The position numbers were made by a program, and so were the translations under genes. Below the pieces are notes generated by a model. That model did no database searches, was not told where the DNA came from, and was given only the letters and a program-made list of their open reading frames with translations. From an uncultured Actinomycetota bacterium (GTDB lineage Bacteria > Actinomycetota > Actinomycetes > Actinomycetales > Microbacteriaceae), in contig CAWBJK010000004.1 in assembly GCA_963789095.1 (NCBI GenBank), positions 7,334 to 71,333 of the forward strand: a DNA stretch of 64,000 bases, in the 5' to 3' direction. Position 1 is the stretch's first letter; each line of letters opens with the position of its first letter. This document shows, one piece after another, positions 45,001 through 53,197 of the stretch.

Positions 45001-46978
45001 CCTCGATCCGGGCATCATCGCGCAGTACGAGCGCGAGGCGCAGCGCCTCGACCCCACGCGGCGCGTGCGCGGCATGGAGGGTGTGGCCGACCTGCTGCGC
45101 CTCCTCGGCCCCCTCGACGCCGACGAGGTGGCGGCGCGCCTCGCCGCGTCCGACGATGCCGCGACCGCCGACGCGCACGTCGACCCGTCGCGGTCGCGCA
45201 CGGCCGAGCCGCGGGAGGTCGAGGAGCCGGAGACCGCCCACGCGACGGTCGCCGCGGCGACGGCACACCTCGACGCGCTGGTCGAGGCGCGCCGCGCGAT
45301 CCGTGTCACGATCGCGGGCGTCTCGCGCGTCGCGGCGATCGAAGACGCCGGTCGCCTGCGCGACGCCCTCGGGTCGGCGCTCCCGGTCGGCATCCCCACC
45401 GCGTTCCTCGAACCCGTCGCCGATCCCCTGGCCGACCTCGTCGCCCGGCACGCGCGCACCCACGGCCCCTTCCGCACAGCCGACGTGGCGGCCCGGCTCG
45501 GGGTCGGTGCCGCCGTGGCCCGGCAGACGCTGCAGCGGCTCGAAGCGCAGGGACGACTGTCGAGCGGCTACTTCCTGCCCGAGCCGTCGACCCGCGCCGG
45601 CACGGCCTCCGGGGACGACCTCGAATGGTGCGACACCGAGGTGCTGCGACGCCTGCGGATGCGGTCGCTCGCGGCCATCCGCGGGGCTGTGGAGCCGGTG
45701 TCGCCCGAGACGTTCGCCCGGTTCCTTCCCACCTGGCAGCATGTCGCCGGCGCCGAGACGAGCCGCGGGCTGGAAGGCATCGACGGCGTGCTCGCGGTGA
45801 TCGAGCAGCTCGCGGGCGTTCCGCTTCCCGCCAGCGCGTGGGAGTCCCTCATCCTCCCGAGCCGCGTCGTCGACTATGCGCCCGCGATGCTCGACGAGCT
45901 CACCTCCACGGGCGAAGTGCTCTGGTCGGGCCACGGCTCGCTCCCGGGACGTGACGGGTGGATCGCGCTCCACCCGTCCGACACCGCCACCCTCACGCTG
46001 CGCCCCGAAGAGGATGAACCCGCCTCCGAGCTCGAGCGACAGCTGCTCGTCGCGCTCGACGGGGGTGGCGCTTTCTTCGCGTCGCAGCTCGTGCCGCTCG
46101 TCGGTGCGGAGAACGAGCAGTCGGTCGTCGACGCGCTCTGGAACCTGGCGTGGACGGCGCGGGTGACCAACGACACCTTCGCACCCGTGCGGATGCTGCT
46201 GGGCGGCGGCTCGCAGGCGCACCGCACCGTGCGGCGCACGCCTCGCGCGCGCATGTTCCGCGGCACGCCCATCGCCCGTCCGCAGGCAGCCCCGCAGCGC
46301 CCCCCGCTCGTGGGCGGACGGTGGTCGCTCCTGCCGCAGCCCGAAGCCGACGCCACGCTGCGCGCCGCAGCCGCCGGGAGTCTGCTGCTGGAGCGCTACG
46401 GGGTGGTCACGCGGGGGTCGGTGCAGGCCGAGGAGGTGCCGGGCGGGTTCGCACAGGTGTACCGCACGCTCGCCGGGTTCGAAGATGCCGGACACTGCCG
46501 TCGGGGGTACTTCATCGAGAAGCTCGGCGCCGCGCAGTTCGCCACGTCGGCCACGGTCGACCGGCTCCGCACCTTCGGCGGTTCCGATCCCGACGACGGC
46601 GCACCACAGCTGCACGCGTTGACGCTCGCAGCGACCGACCCGGCCAACCCGTACGGCGCCGCGCTCGGCTGGCCGCCCCAGGACGGCGGGCACCGCCCCG
46701 GGCGCAAGGCGGGCGGTCTCGTGGTGCTCGTCGACGGGGCGCTCGTGCTGTACCTGGAGCGCGGCGGCAGATCTGCCCTGCACTTCAGCGACGACGAGGT
46801 GGTGCTTGCCGTCGCGGCGAGGAGCCTCGCCGACACGGCGCGGACACGGCGGCTCGACACGATCACGATCGAACAGGTCGACGGGCAGTTCGTGTACGGC
46901 ACGGCTGTAGGTCGCGCGCTCCGCGACGCGGGATTCGTCGAGTCGAGCCGGGGCCTCACTCTGCGGAGGGCACGGTGA
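42098..46978 (+). CDS. lhr: Lhr-type large ATP-dependent DNA helicase (DEAD/DEAH box plus Lhr C-terminal domains)
   Basis: The N-terminus LERFGPATQDWFRSAFAQPTDAQAGAW, APTGSGKT, IIDEVH and the 1626-aa size fit Lhr. Confidence 0.92.
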   Translation: MAVVLERFGPATQDWFRSAFAQPTDAQAGAWEAISAGKHALVVAPTGSGKTLSAFLWAIDRLFHDKQATAAAAAPRDKGVRAAGAPDEGAPGKKARNGSAREARSSRTKVLYISPLKALGVDVERNLRSPLVGIGQSARRLGITAPDIAVGVRSGDTTSADRRRLLSDPPDILITTPESLYLMLTSQASETLRGVHTVIIDEVHAVAATKRGAHLAVSLERLDALRRAAAVEAGDATGGAPAQRIGLSATVRPIDEVARFLGGTAPVEIVAPKASKAFDLSVVVPIDDMLNPPPPPGTDDAATPDIAGDHDGDGDGDGAWYGGGAAAGAAPEATGSVWPHVEEAIVDRILAHRSTIVFANSRRLAERLTGRLNEIYAERVGIDVPDPALPAAMMAQAGISAGVEPVLAKAHHGSVSKEQRAQVEDELKSGALRCVVATSSLELGIDMGAVDLVIQVEAPPSAASGLQRVGRAGHQVGEVSRAALFPKHRGDVLHTAVVTERMLAGQIEAIAVPQNPLDILAQQTIAACATGPIDVEGWFETVKRSAPFRTLPRSAYEATLDLLSGRFPSDEFAELRPRVVWDRDHGILTGRPGAQRIAVTSGGTIPDRGLFGVFIQGESRNARVGELDEEMVYESRVGDVFTLGTTSWRIVEITHDRVNVLPAFGQPGKLPFWHGDGLGRPAELGEALGRFSREVSSAAPEKAKQRLRASGLDDNAISNLLSYLAEQREATGTLPTDTTLTVERSRDEVGDWRIILHSPYGMHVHAPWALAVNARIRERLGVEGSAVASDDGIIARVPDAEAEPPDAELFVFDPDELEQIVTDEVGGSALFASRFRECAARALLLPRLNPNRRSPLWQQRQKSAQLLEVARNHPTFPIILETLREVLQDVYDLPALLRIARSIGDRRIRLVETTTSQPSPFARDLLFGYVGAFMYEGDSPLAERRAAALSVDPALLSELLGKVEMRELLDPGIIAQYEREAQRLDPTRRVRGMEGVADLLRLLGPLDADEVAARLAASDDAATADAHVDPSRSRTAEPREVEEPETAHATVAAATAHLDALVEARRAIRVTIAGVSRVAAIEDAGRLRDALGSALPVGIPTAFLEPVADPLADLVARHARTHGPFRTADVAARLGVGAAVARQTLQRLEAQGRLSSGYFLPEPSTRAGTASGDDLEWCDTEVLRRLRMRSLAAIRGAVEPVSPETFARFLPTWQHVAGAETSRGLEGIDGVLAVIEQLAGVPLPASAWESLILPSRVVDYAPAMLDELTSTGEVLWSGHGSLPGRDGWIALHPSDTATLTLRPEEDEPASELERQLLVALDGGGAFFASQLVPLVGAENEQSVVDALWNLAWTARVTNDTFAPVRMLLGGGSQAHRTVRRTPRARMFRGTPIARPQAAPQRPPLVGGRWSLLPQPEADATLRAAAAGSLLLERYGVVTRGSVQAEEVPGGFAQVYRTLAGFEDAGHCRRGYFIEKLGAAQFATSATVDRLRTFGGSDPDDGAPQLHALTLAATDPANPYGAALGWPPQDGGHRPGRKAGGLVVLVDGALVLYLERGGRSALHFSDDEVVLAVAARSLADTARTRRLDTITIEQVDGQFVYGTAVGRALRDAGFVESSRGLTLRRAR

Positions 46979-47041
46979 CGGTCGGCCCCGATGTCCGCCG
47001 TCGTGTCAGGGACGGGGGCCGGATCGGCGCCAGGGGGCGAC

Positions 47042-47815
47042 GTGCCTGAGGGCGACACCGTGTTCCGCACCGCGCGCCGTCTCCACGAAGCGCTCGCGGG
47101 GCACACGGCGACCCGTTTCGACATCCGGGTCCCGGGGAGCGCCACCGCCGACCTCACGGGCGAACTCGTGCGCGAGGTCGTGCCCCGCGGCAAGCATCTG
47201 CTGCTGCGCGTCGGCGGCTTCACCCTCCACTCGCACCTCAAGATGGAGGGCCACTGGGACGTCTATCGCCCGGGCGACCGGTGGCGAGCGCCTGCGTTCC
47301 GTGCCCGTGCGATCGTCGGCACCGCCGGCGCCGAGGCTGTCGGCTTCGACCTGGCGATGGTCGAGGTGCTCCCCACCGCCGACGAGGATCGTGTTGTCGG
47401 CCACCTCGGGCCCGATCCGCTGTCGCCCACCTGGGACGCCGCCGAAGCCGCACGGCGTCTGGCCGCCGACGAGCGCGCCGTGCACGTCGCCCTGCTCGAC
47501 CAGCGGAACGTCGCAGGCTTCGGCAACGAATACGTCAACGAGCTGCTGTTCGTCCGCGGCATCCTCCCCACGACGCCCGCCACCGAGGTCGATGCCGCAG
47601 GACTCATGCAGACGGGGGCGCGGATGATCCAGCTCAATCGCGACCGCAGTGGCCGCACCTTCACGGGAGACGCCCGACCGGGGCGCCAGACGTGGGTGTA
47701 CCGCCGCGAGGGCAGGCCCTGCCGCCGGTGCGGCACCCTCATCCGCAAGACGGAACTGGGCGCGAACCCCACCGCGGAGCGGATCGTGTTCTGGTGCCCC
47801 CGCTGCCAGACCTGA
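47042..47815 (+). CDS. nei: Fpg/Nei family DNA glycosylase/AP lyase (endonuclease VIII-like)
   Basis: The family requires an N-terminal (M)PEG; GTG 47042 gives VPEGDTVFR. The H2TH region and C-terminal zinc finger CRRCGT...CPRCQ are present. Confidence 0.85.
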   Translation: MPEGDTVFRTARRLHEALAGHTATRFDIRVPGSATADLTGELVREVVPRGKHLLLRVGGFTLHSHLKMEGHWDVYRPGDRWRAPAFRARAIVGTAGAEAVGFDLAMVEVLPTADEDRVVGHLGPDPLSPTWDAAEAARRLAADERAVHVALLDQRNVAGFGNEYVNELLFVRGILPTTPATEVDAAGLMQTGARMIQLNRDRSGRTFTGDARPGRQTWVYRREGRPCRRCGTLIRKTELGANPTAERIVFWCPRCQT

Positions 47816-47826
47816 GCCGGCGACGG

Positions 47827-48507
47827 TCACCGCCCGAGATAGCGGCCCGGGCGGTGGTTGAGTGCGAGCACGAGGTTGAGCAGCACGGCACCGCCGGCGC
47901 TCAGCAGCACCATCGGCCACGGCACCACGAGGAGGGCCGCCACGATCACGAGCACATCGAAGACCATGAGCGTCCAGCCCGCTCGCATGCCGGTCCGTTC
48001 CTGCAGCAGCAGCGCGACGATCTGCACGCCGCCGACGCTCGCCCGGTGCCGGAACAGGATGAGCACGCCCACCCCCGCCAGGAGGTTGCCCGCGAGGGTG
48101 CCGTACACGGGGTCGACGGCGCCCAGCGGGAGGAAGTTCTCGTGCACGATCGCGAAGCCCGACACCAGCCCGATCGCCACGACGGTGCGGATCGTGAAGT
48201 CCCATCCCTTCTTCCACACCGCCAGCACGGCGAACGGCACGTTGATCACGGCGAACAGGGCCCAGAACGGCCATTCCGTGCCGTAGCCGAGCAGCAGCGA
48301 AAGGCCCGCCGTCCCCCCGGTCACGGCGTGCACGGCATTGAGCAGATACAGCCCCAGCGACGCGGCGAAGGCGCCTGTCAGGATGCCGAGCACGTCTTCG
48401 ACGACGCCGTGCTCCTGCGCCTTCGCGTCGAACACGAGCGAAGGGCCCGTCGTGACGTCGCCGGCACGGGCGGCAGCGGCAGAGGTGTCGGCATCGTCGA
48501 GAGTCAC
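47827..48507 (-). CDS. YitT-family (DUF161-type) integral membrane protein
   Basis: Multi-TM protein with GGTAGLSLLL and FRHRASVGGVQIVALLL motifs. GTG 48507 is preceded by a GAGGA RBS, and longer starts are possible. Confidence 0.65.
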   Translation of the reverse strand: MTLDDADTSAAAARAGDVTTGPSLVFDAKAQEHGVVEDVLGILTGAFAASLGLYLLNAVHAVTGGTAGLSLLLGYGTEWPFWALFAVINVPFAVLAVWKKGWDFTIRTVVAIGLVSGFAIVHENFLPLGAVDPVYGTLAGNLLAGVGVLILFRHRASVGGVQIVALLLQERTGMRAGWTLMVFDVLVIVAALLVVPWPMVLLSAGGAVLLNLVLALNHRPGRYLGR

Positions 48508-48604
48508 CGTCCCATCCTCGCAACCACAGCGGTCGCCTGTGAGGGATGTGTGCACGGGAATGAATATTTGACCAGGCATGTTGTCTTCATCGATAGGAGG
48601 TCCA

Positions 48605-49012
48605 GTGGGCAAGAACTACGTCGACATCGAGAACGACCACGGAGAGACGCTGCGGTATCGCAAGCACGCCAACGGTCGTGGCCTCATCGCGAACGGGGCC
48701 AAGGTGCACCCGAGCGCGCTGGTCGAGGCGGGGGCATACATCGAACCCGGGGTTCAGATCGCCGCGGGCGCACACATCGGTCGCGGTGTGTGGATCGAGC
48801 CGGATGCCGTGATCGGCCCGGAGGCCGAGATCGCGCCGCACGCGCACATCGGCCCGGGGGCGGCAATCGGTCCGCGAGCCCGGATCGGGGTGCGCACGTT
48901 CGTCGGAGCTGGCGCACGCGTGGCGGGCGGCTCGCTCATCGGCGACGACCAGTCGATCCGCGACGGCGAGAAGATCGCCACCGACCGACGCGGACTGCAC
49001 CTGGCGGCCTGA
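48605..49012 (+). CDS. Small left-handed beta-helix (hexapeptide-repeat) protein
   Basis: Consecutive hexapeptide repeats (VHPSALVEAGAYIEPGVQIAAGAHIGRGVWIEPDAVIGPEAEIAPHAHIGPGAAIGPRARIG). AGGAGG RBS precedes GTG 48605. Confidence 0.65.
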   Translation: MGKNYVDIENDHGETLRYRKHANGRGLIANGAKVHPSALVEAGAYIEPGVQIAAGAHIGRGVWIEPDAVIGPEAEIAPHAHIGPGAAIGPRARIGVRTFVGAGARVAGGSLIGDDQSIRDGEKIATDRRGLHLAA

Positions 49013-49032
49013 CCGGCAGCTCTCCCTCGAAC

Positions 49033-49064
49033 GGCGTCCGCTCAGGCGGGCGCCTTCGTCTTTT
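49033..49064 (+). terminator. Rho-independent terminator-like hairpin after the beta-helix gene
   Basis: ggcgtccgc-tcag-gcgggcgcc is followed by ttcgtctttt. Confidence 0.5.
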
Positions 49065-49072
49065 CCAGGACG

Positions 49073-49471
49073 TCAGGCGAACAGGAAGAGCACGAACGCG
49101 ATCAGCGGGAGAGTGCCCTGCACGGTCGCCGGTCTCAGATACTTCGCTCCGGACGTCACGAGCACGAGCGCCGCAGCCAGCATCGACCCGACGCTGAACA
49201 GCACGAGCGTGCGGCCCGCGACACTCGCGGCCGACCCGGCATCGCCCGCCCAGAACAGCGCGAGCCCGATGACCGTGCCGATCGCGAGGAAGAGGTTGTA
49301 GAAGCCCTGGTTGTAGGCCATGGGCTTCACCGTGTCGGCCGAAGCCTGGTCGGGCACGCCGAAACGGCGCCACACGCGGGGCTGCGTCCACTGGACGCTC
49401 TCCATGACGAAGATGTACACGTGCAGCAGCGCGGCCAGGGCCGCCGCAATCGTCGCGATGATCGACACCAT
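49073..49471 (-). CDS. DUF1304-like small membrane protein
   Basis: ALLHVYIFVMESVQW...AYNQGFYNLFLA pattern with 4 TM helices. Confidence 0.7.
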   Translation of the reverse strand: MVSIIATIAAALAALLHVYIFVMESVQWTQPRVWRRFGVPDQASADTVKPMAYNQGFYNLFLAIGTVIGLALFWAGDAGSAASVAGRTLVLFSVGSMLAAALVLVTSGAKYLRPATVQGTLPLIAFVLFLFA

Positions 49472-49502
49472 GCGCTGACGATAGCGCGGCTACGCTGATC
49501 GC

Positions 49503-50321
49503 ATGGCTGGAGCACGCGGATCCCACGGCGGGAAAGGCCAGAGCGGGAAAGGCCAGAGCGGGAAAGGCCAGAGCGGGAAGCGTCCGGGAGGCAAACGCCC
49601 GAACCCCGCGTCCGGCCGCCTCGCGGCGAAGCCGACGCGGGCCGTCCGGCCGTCCCGCCCGGCGCCGGCGTTCGACGAGCGCGCGCCGGAGCCTCCCGCC
49701 GGGCCCTTCCGCCTGGGAGCTGTGCCCGGCACCACGCCGGGCAAGTGGATCGACACGTGGCACGCGCGACTGCCGCAGACGGCGCTCGAACTGGTCGCGC
49801 TGCCCGTTTCGGCGCAGCGTGACGCGGTCCTGGGCGATGCCGCGTCGGGCGGCGCGGTGCGGGGCCGCACCGTCGACGCAGCTCTCGTGCGCCTCCCCCT
49901 CGATCGCGGCGGGCTCCACGTCATCCCCCTGTACGACGAAGTGCCGGTGGTCGTCTGCGCCGTCGACTCGCATCTGACCGCCGCCGACGAGCTGACCGCC
50001 GACGATCTGGCGGGAGAGGTCGTGATCGTCCCCCGCGACGCCGTGATCGAGGCTGACGTGCCGGGGGCGGTCACGCCCGCCTTCGCCGCGCCGGAGACGA
50101 CGGAAGAGGCCGTCGCGACGGTCGCCGCCGGCGTGGGCGTCGTGATCGTGCCGATGTCGCTCGCTCGCCTCCATCACCGCAAAGACGTCGCCCACCGGCC
50201 CCTCGCGGATGGACCGACATCGACCGTCGCCCTCGCGTGGCCCACCGAAGACCATTCGCCTCTCGTCGACACGTTCGTCGGGATCGTCCGCGGCCGCACG
50301 GCAAACTCGTCACGCGACTGA
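49503..50321 (+). CDS. LysR substrate-binding-domain protein lacking the HTH, with a basic Gly/Lys-rich repeat N-terminus
   Basis: The C-terminal ~200 aa resemble a LysR effector domain (FRLGAVPGTTPGKWIDTW...VGVVIVPMSLARL). The N-terminal ~70 aa are low-complexity (GKGQS x3, Pro/Arg-rich) with no wHTH. Confidence 0.55.
   Translation: MAGARGSHGGKGQSGKGQSGKGQSGKRPGGKRPNPASGRLAAKPTRAVRPSRPAPAFDERAPEPPAGPFRLGAVPGTTPGKWIDTWHARLPQTALELVALPVSAQRDAVLGDAASGGAVRGRTVDAALVRLPLDRGGLHVIPLYDEVPVVVCAVDSHLTAADELTADDLAGEVVIVPRDAVIEADVPGAVTPAFAAPETTEEAVATVAAGVGVVIVPMSLARLHHRKDVAHRPLADGPTSTVALAWPTEDHSPLVDTFVGIVRGRTANSSRD
49531..49575 (+). repeat. Perfect 3 x 15-bp in-frame tandem repeat encoding GKGQS
   Basis: ggaaaggccagagcg is repeated three times without mismatch. 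Confidence 0.9.
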
Positions 50322-50324
50322 GCG

Positions 50325-50337
50325 CCCCCCCCCCCCC
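50325..50337. repeat. C13 homopolymer tract
   Basis: Thirteen consecutive C residues begin 4 nt after the stop of the LysR-like gene. Confidence 0.95.
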
Positions 50338-50657
50338 GGCCGCACGGCGTCGCACCGATCGCGAGCCGCCGCCACCGGTCGGGAGCCGCTGCGCGGGCAC
50401 GAAGACGGGCCGGCGGTGCCCCCCGACCCCGCCGGCCCGAAGTCCGGACGTACCCCCCAGCTCGTTCCGGACTTCGCGAACGACCTGGCATGAATTCTCC
50501 CCATAGGGACGACGAGTGCATCCCCATGCGGTCGTCGGTGGTCGTTCATGGATCAAGAGCAGACCTCAGGGGGCGTGATACACCTGCGGTGAGATTTCTC
50601 TCAGGATTTCGCTGAGACCTCCGCAGCCGCATCCCCGGCCGGGGGCGTCAGCGGCCG

Positions 50658-53171
50658 TCAGAATCCGGCGCCGTGACACTGGAACGGAGCCACGATGCCC
50701 GTGTCGCGCTGAGCCGCCGCCAGGGCCTCCGCCGGCGCGCGGCCCGCCGCCAGCTCGGCGTGGACGGCGCCGAGCAGAACGCACGCGTCGTCGTCGGCGA
50801 CCATGACGGGCGCCGCGATCACGCAGCCGACGCCCGCGTGCAGCCAGGCCCGCGTCATCCCGACCGCCTCCTCGCCCCACCGCACGGACGAACGTCCCAC
50901 CTCGCACGCCGACAGGATGACGACGCCGGGAACGGGGGCGATGTGGTCGATGTCGTGCCCGAACAACACGCCGTCGGACAACTCGAGACCGGAGAACAGC
51001 GGGTTGTCGCCCGAATGGCGACCGTGCGCCGCGACGTGGAGCAGATCGACCTCGGCGGCAAGTCCGGAGACCGCGGCGACGGTCGCCTCACCGGCGATCA
51101 GCCGACGCGATCCGGGCCACGCGGAGGCGGCCGTCTCGATCTCCTCGGCTCCGCGTGCGACGCGGGGACCGGCCGCGAATCCGACGGTCTGCGGAGGTGC
51201 GACGGTCGAGCGCACCCACCGCGACGCGGACGCTGCGAGGGTGACGGGTCGTCCGACGAGAGCCGGGAGCATGCTCCACGGGAGTCCTGCGAGGATCCCG
51301 GGCGACGTGATCACCAGACGCCGGGCACCCGACTGCTCCAGCGGGCGGTCCATGAGCGCCCGGGACAGGTCAGCAAGCCGGCGCACGAGCGAGGCGCGCA
51401 CGACGTCGGCCACCGGGCCGGTGCGCACGGTCGCGACCATGTCGAGGTCGGCGCGAAGGCCGGCGAGCGCGGCGCGAGCGTCGCCCCATTCGGGCAGGTC
51501 GACGACGCTCGCGCCGTTCGCGGTCACGACGACGCAAGACAGCCCGGCGGACCCGAAGACGTACGAGAGCACGGCCGTCTCGTCGTCGAGGCGGGCCTGC
51601 ACCGATGCGAGCGACGCGTGCTCCTCGACATGATCGGCTTTGGTCGCGGCCCACTGCCTCTGCCGCACGCGGTCGCCGAGGGCGATCGCACGAGGATCGG
51701 TGAGCCAGTCGGCCTCCGACAGGTCGGCGCGCAGCATGCGGAGCTCGGCGAGGTCGGCGGCGAGCGCGGGATCCGGCGGGGGTCTGAGCGGCAGCACCTG
51801 CTGGCTCAGCTGGCGGGCGCGCTCCGACCACTCGAACACGTGCTCGGGGCGGCCGGAGCGCACGGCGGCATCGATGCCGACGAGCATCAGACCGAGCCCG
51901 TGCATGACCAGCGAGGTCTGCAGATCGAGGCTGCCGTAGCCCGAGCGCCATGACGTGAGCTCGGCCAGTCCGTCGGCGGCCCGCCGGCGGGCCTCGGCGT
52001 CGCGGCCGGCGACGAACGCGCGCAGGGCACGGGCCTCGTGGGCGAGGAGCTTCACTTCGAGCGACGTCGAGGTCGACAGGCGCGGAATGCGTCCCGCCGG
52101 ACGTCCCGTTCGGGCGCGCCACACCTCGCGCGTCAGCCTCAGCGCCGCCGCCTCGTTCTCGAATCCCGAGCGGGCGAGTTCCCGCGCCACCCGGTCGACG
52201 TCGGCGTCGCGGACGGGGCGGCGGGAGCCGGCGACGAACCGCACCGACTGCACGATGAGACCGCCGGCCAGTCGGGCCCGCAGCCCGATGCCCTCGGCGC
52301 GTGCCGCCCACGACGCTGCGCCGAGGCTCGTGAACCGCCGTGCAGCGGTGCGCGCCATGTCTTCCGCGCGATCGGGGTCGTGCCGCAGCAGCGAGGCGGC
52401 GAGGTTGAGCTCCGCCTGACCGCGGGCCTGCGGCATCCCGTCGGCCCCGAAGGCCTCGGCTGCCGTCGCGAGGAGCCGTTCCGCATCCGTGACGAGACCG
52501 GCATCGCGCAGCACTTCTGCGCGGTCGGAGTCGCTGATGGCGGCGTTGACCGGCGACAGGGCGGCGAGCGTCGGGCGGGCGAGTGCCATCTCGCGCATCG
52601 CCTGCACGAGGTCGCCGCCGATGAGCGCGGCGTAGCCCAGATTGTGGCGGGCCTCGGCGACATCGATCTCAGACCCGCGTTCCTCGAAAACGGCGAGCGC
52701 CGCCTCGAGGTCGGCGCGGCTGGCGGCGAGATCGCGGCGCTGCATGTGCACGACGCTGCGGTTGAGGCGGAGGTTGGCGACGGCGAGCGGGTCGTCGGGG
52801 ATCGTGTCGATCGCGAGTCCCAACCAGCGGAGCCCCTCGTCGAGCTTGCCCTGGTGCACGAGCACGCTTCCGAGCTGCCCCGCGAGCACTCCGCGCGTGT
52901 GCGGGCTGAGGTGATCGTCGGCGAGCACGGCACGACAGGCGCGTTCGCCTTCCTCTGCAGCTCCCGTCTGTGTGAGGGCGTACGCGCGGGTGCCGACGAT
53001 GCGGGCCGCGAGGTCGGCGTCGGTCGCGAGGACGACGGCATCGGCGAGCACAGCGGCCGCTTCGACATAGCGCCGCTCGCTGCTCAGCTCGCGTCCGCGC
53101 GCGTAGAGCTCATCGGCCGTGTGAACCACTCGACCAAGCATGCCGTGATCGCCCGCGCCGCGCGAGATCAT
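50658..53171 (-). CDS. TPR-repeat CHAT-domain (caspase-like) protease, no signal peptide
   Basis: About 550 aa of TPR-like helical repeats are followed by a C-terminal CHAT core with the His/Cys dyad (LLHVAAHGRH ... VVILSACEVG). ATG 53171 lies 26 nt after the S8 stop. Confidence 0.8.
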   Translation of the reverse strand: MISRGAGDHGMLGRVVHTADELYARGRELSSERRYVEAAAVLADAVVLATDADLAARIVGTRAYALTQTGAAEEGERACRAVLADDHLSPHTRGVLAGQLGSVLVHQGKLDEGLRWLGLAIDTIPDDPLAVANLRLNRSVVHMQRRDLAASRADLEAALAVFEERGSEIDVAEARHNLGYAALIGGDLVQAMREMALARPTLAALSPVNAAISDSDRAEVLRDAGLVTDAERLLATAAEAFGADGMPQARGQAELNLAASLLRHDPDRAEDMARTAARRFTSLGAASWAARAEGIGLRARLAGGLIVQSVRFVAGSRRPVRDADVDRVARELARSGFENEAAALRLTREVWRARTGRPAGRIPRLSTSTSLEVKLLAHEARALRAFVAGRDAEARRRAADGLAELTSWRSGYGSLDLQTSLVMHGLGLMLVGIDAAVRSGRPEHVFEWSERARQLSQQVLPLRPPPDPALAADLAELRMLRADLSEADWLTDPRAIALGDRVRQRQWAATKADHVEEHASLASVQARLDDETAVLSYVFGSAGLSCVVVTANGASVVDLPEWGDARAALAGLRADLDMVATVRTGPVADVVRASLVRRLADLSRALMDRPLEQSGARRLVITSPGILAGLPWSMLPALVGRPVTLAASASRWVRSTVAPPQTVGFAAGPRVARGAEEIETAASAWPGSRRLIAGEATVAAVSGLAAEVDLLHVAAHGRHSGDNPLFSGLELSDGVLFGHDIDHIAPVPGVVILSACEVGRSSVRWGEEAVGMTRAWLHAGVGCVIAAPVMVADDDACVLLGAVHAELAAGRAPAEALAAAQRDTGIVAPFQCHGAGF

Positions 53172-53197
53172 GCACGCGGCGCCGGACGCGCGGCGAA

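Noticed and set aside
41138-46783. 1881-aa minus-strand ORF
   Set aside because: It is antisense to the ABC-F and lhr genes. Its composition is a GC artefact, and the plus-strand genes have clear helicase and ABC motifs.
42098-47815. lhr-nei as a possible defence helicase/nuclease module
   Set aside because: Lhr followed by an Fpg/Nei glycosylase is a well-known conserved actinobacterial DNA-repair gene pair, so nothing here is unusual.
50310-50549. 79-aa minus-strand ORF in the spacer downstream of the CHAT gene
   Set aside because: It has no RBS, reads through the poly-C tract as poly-Gly, has low-complexity composition and lacks a convincing coding signature.
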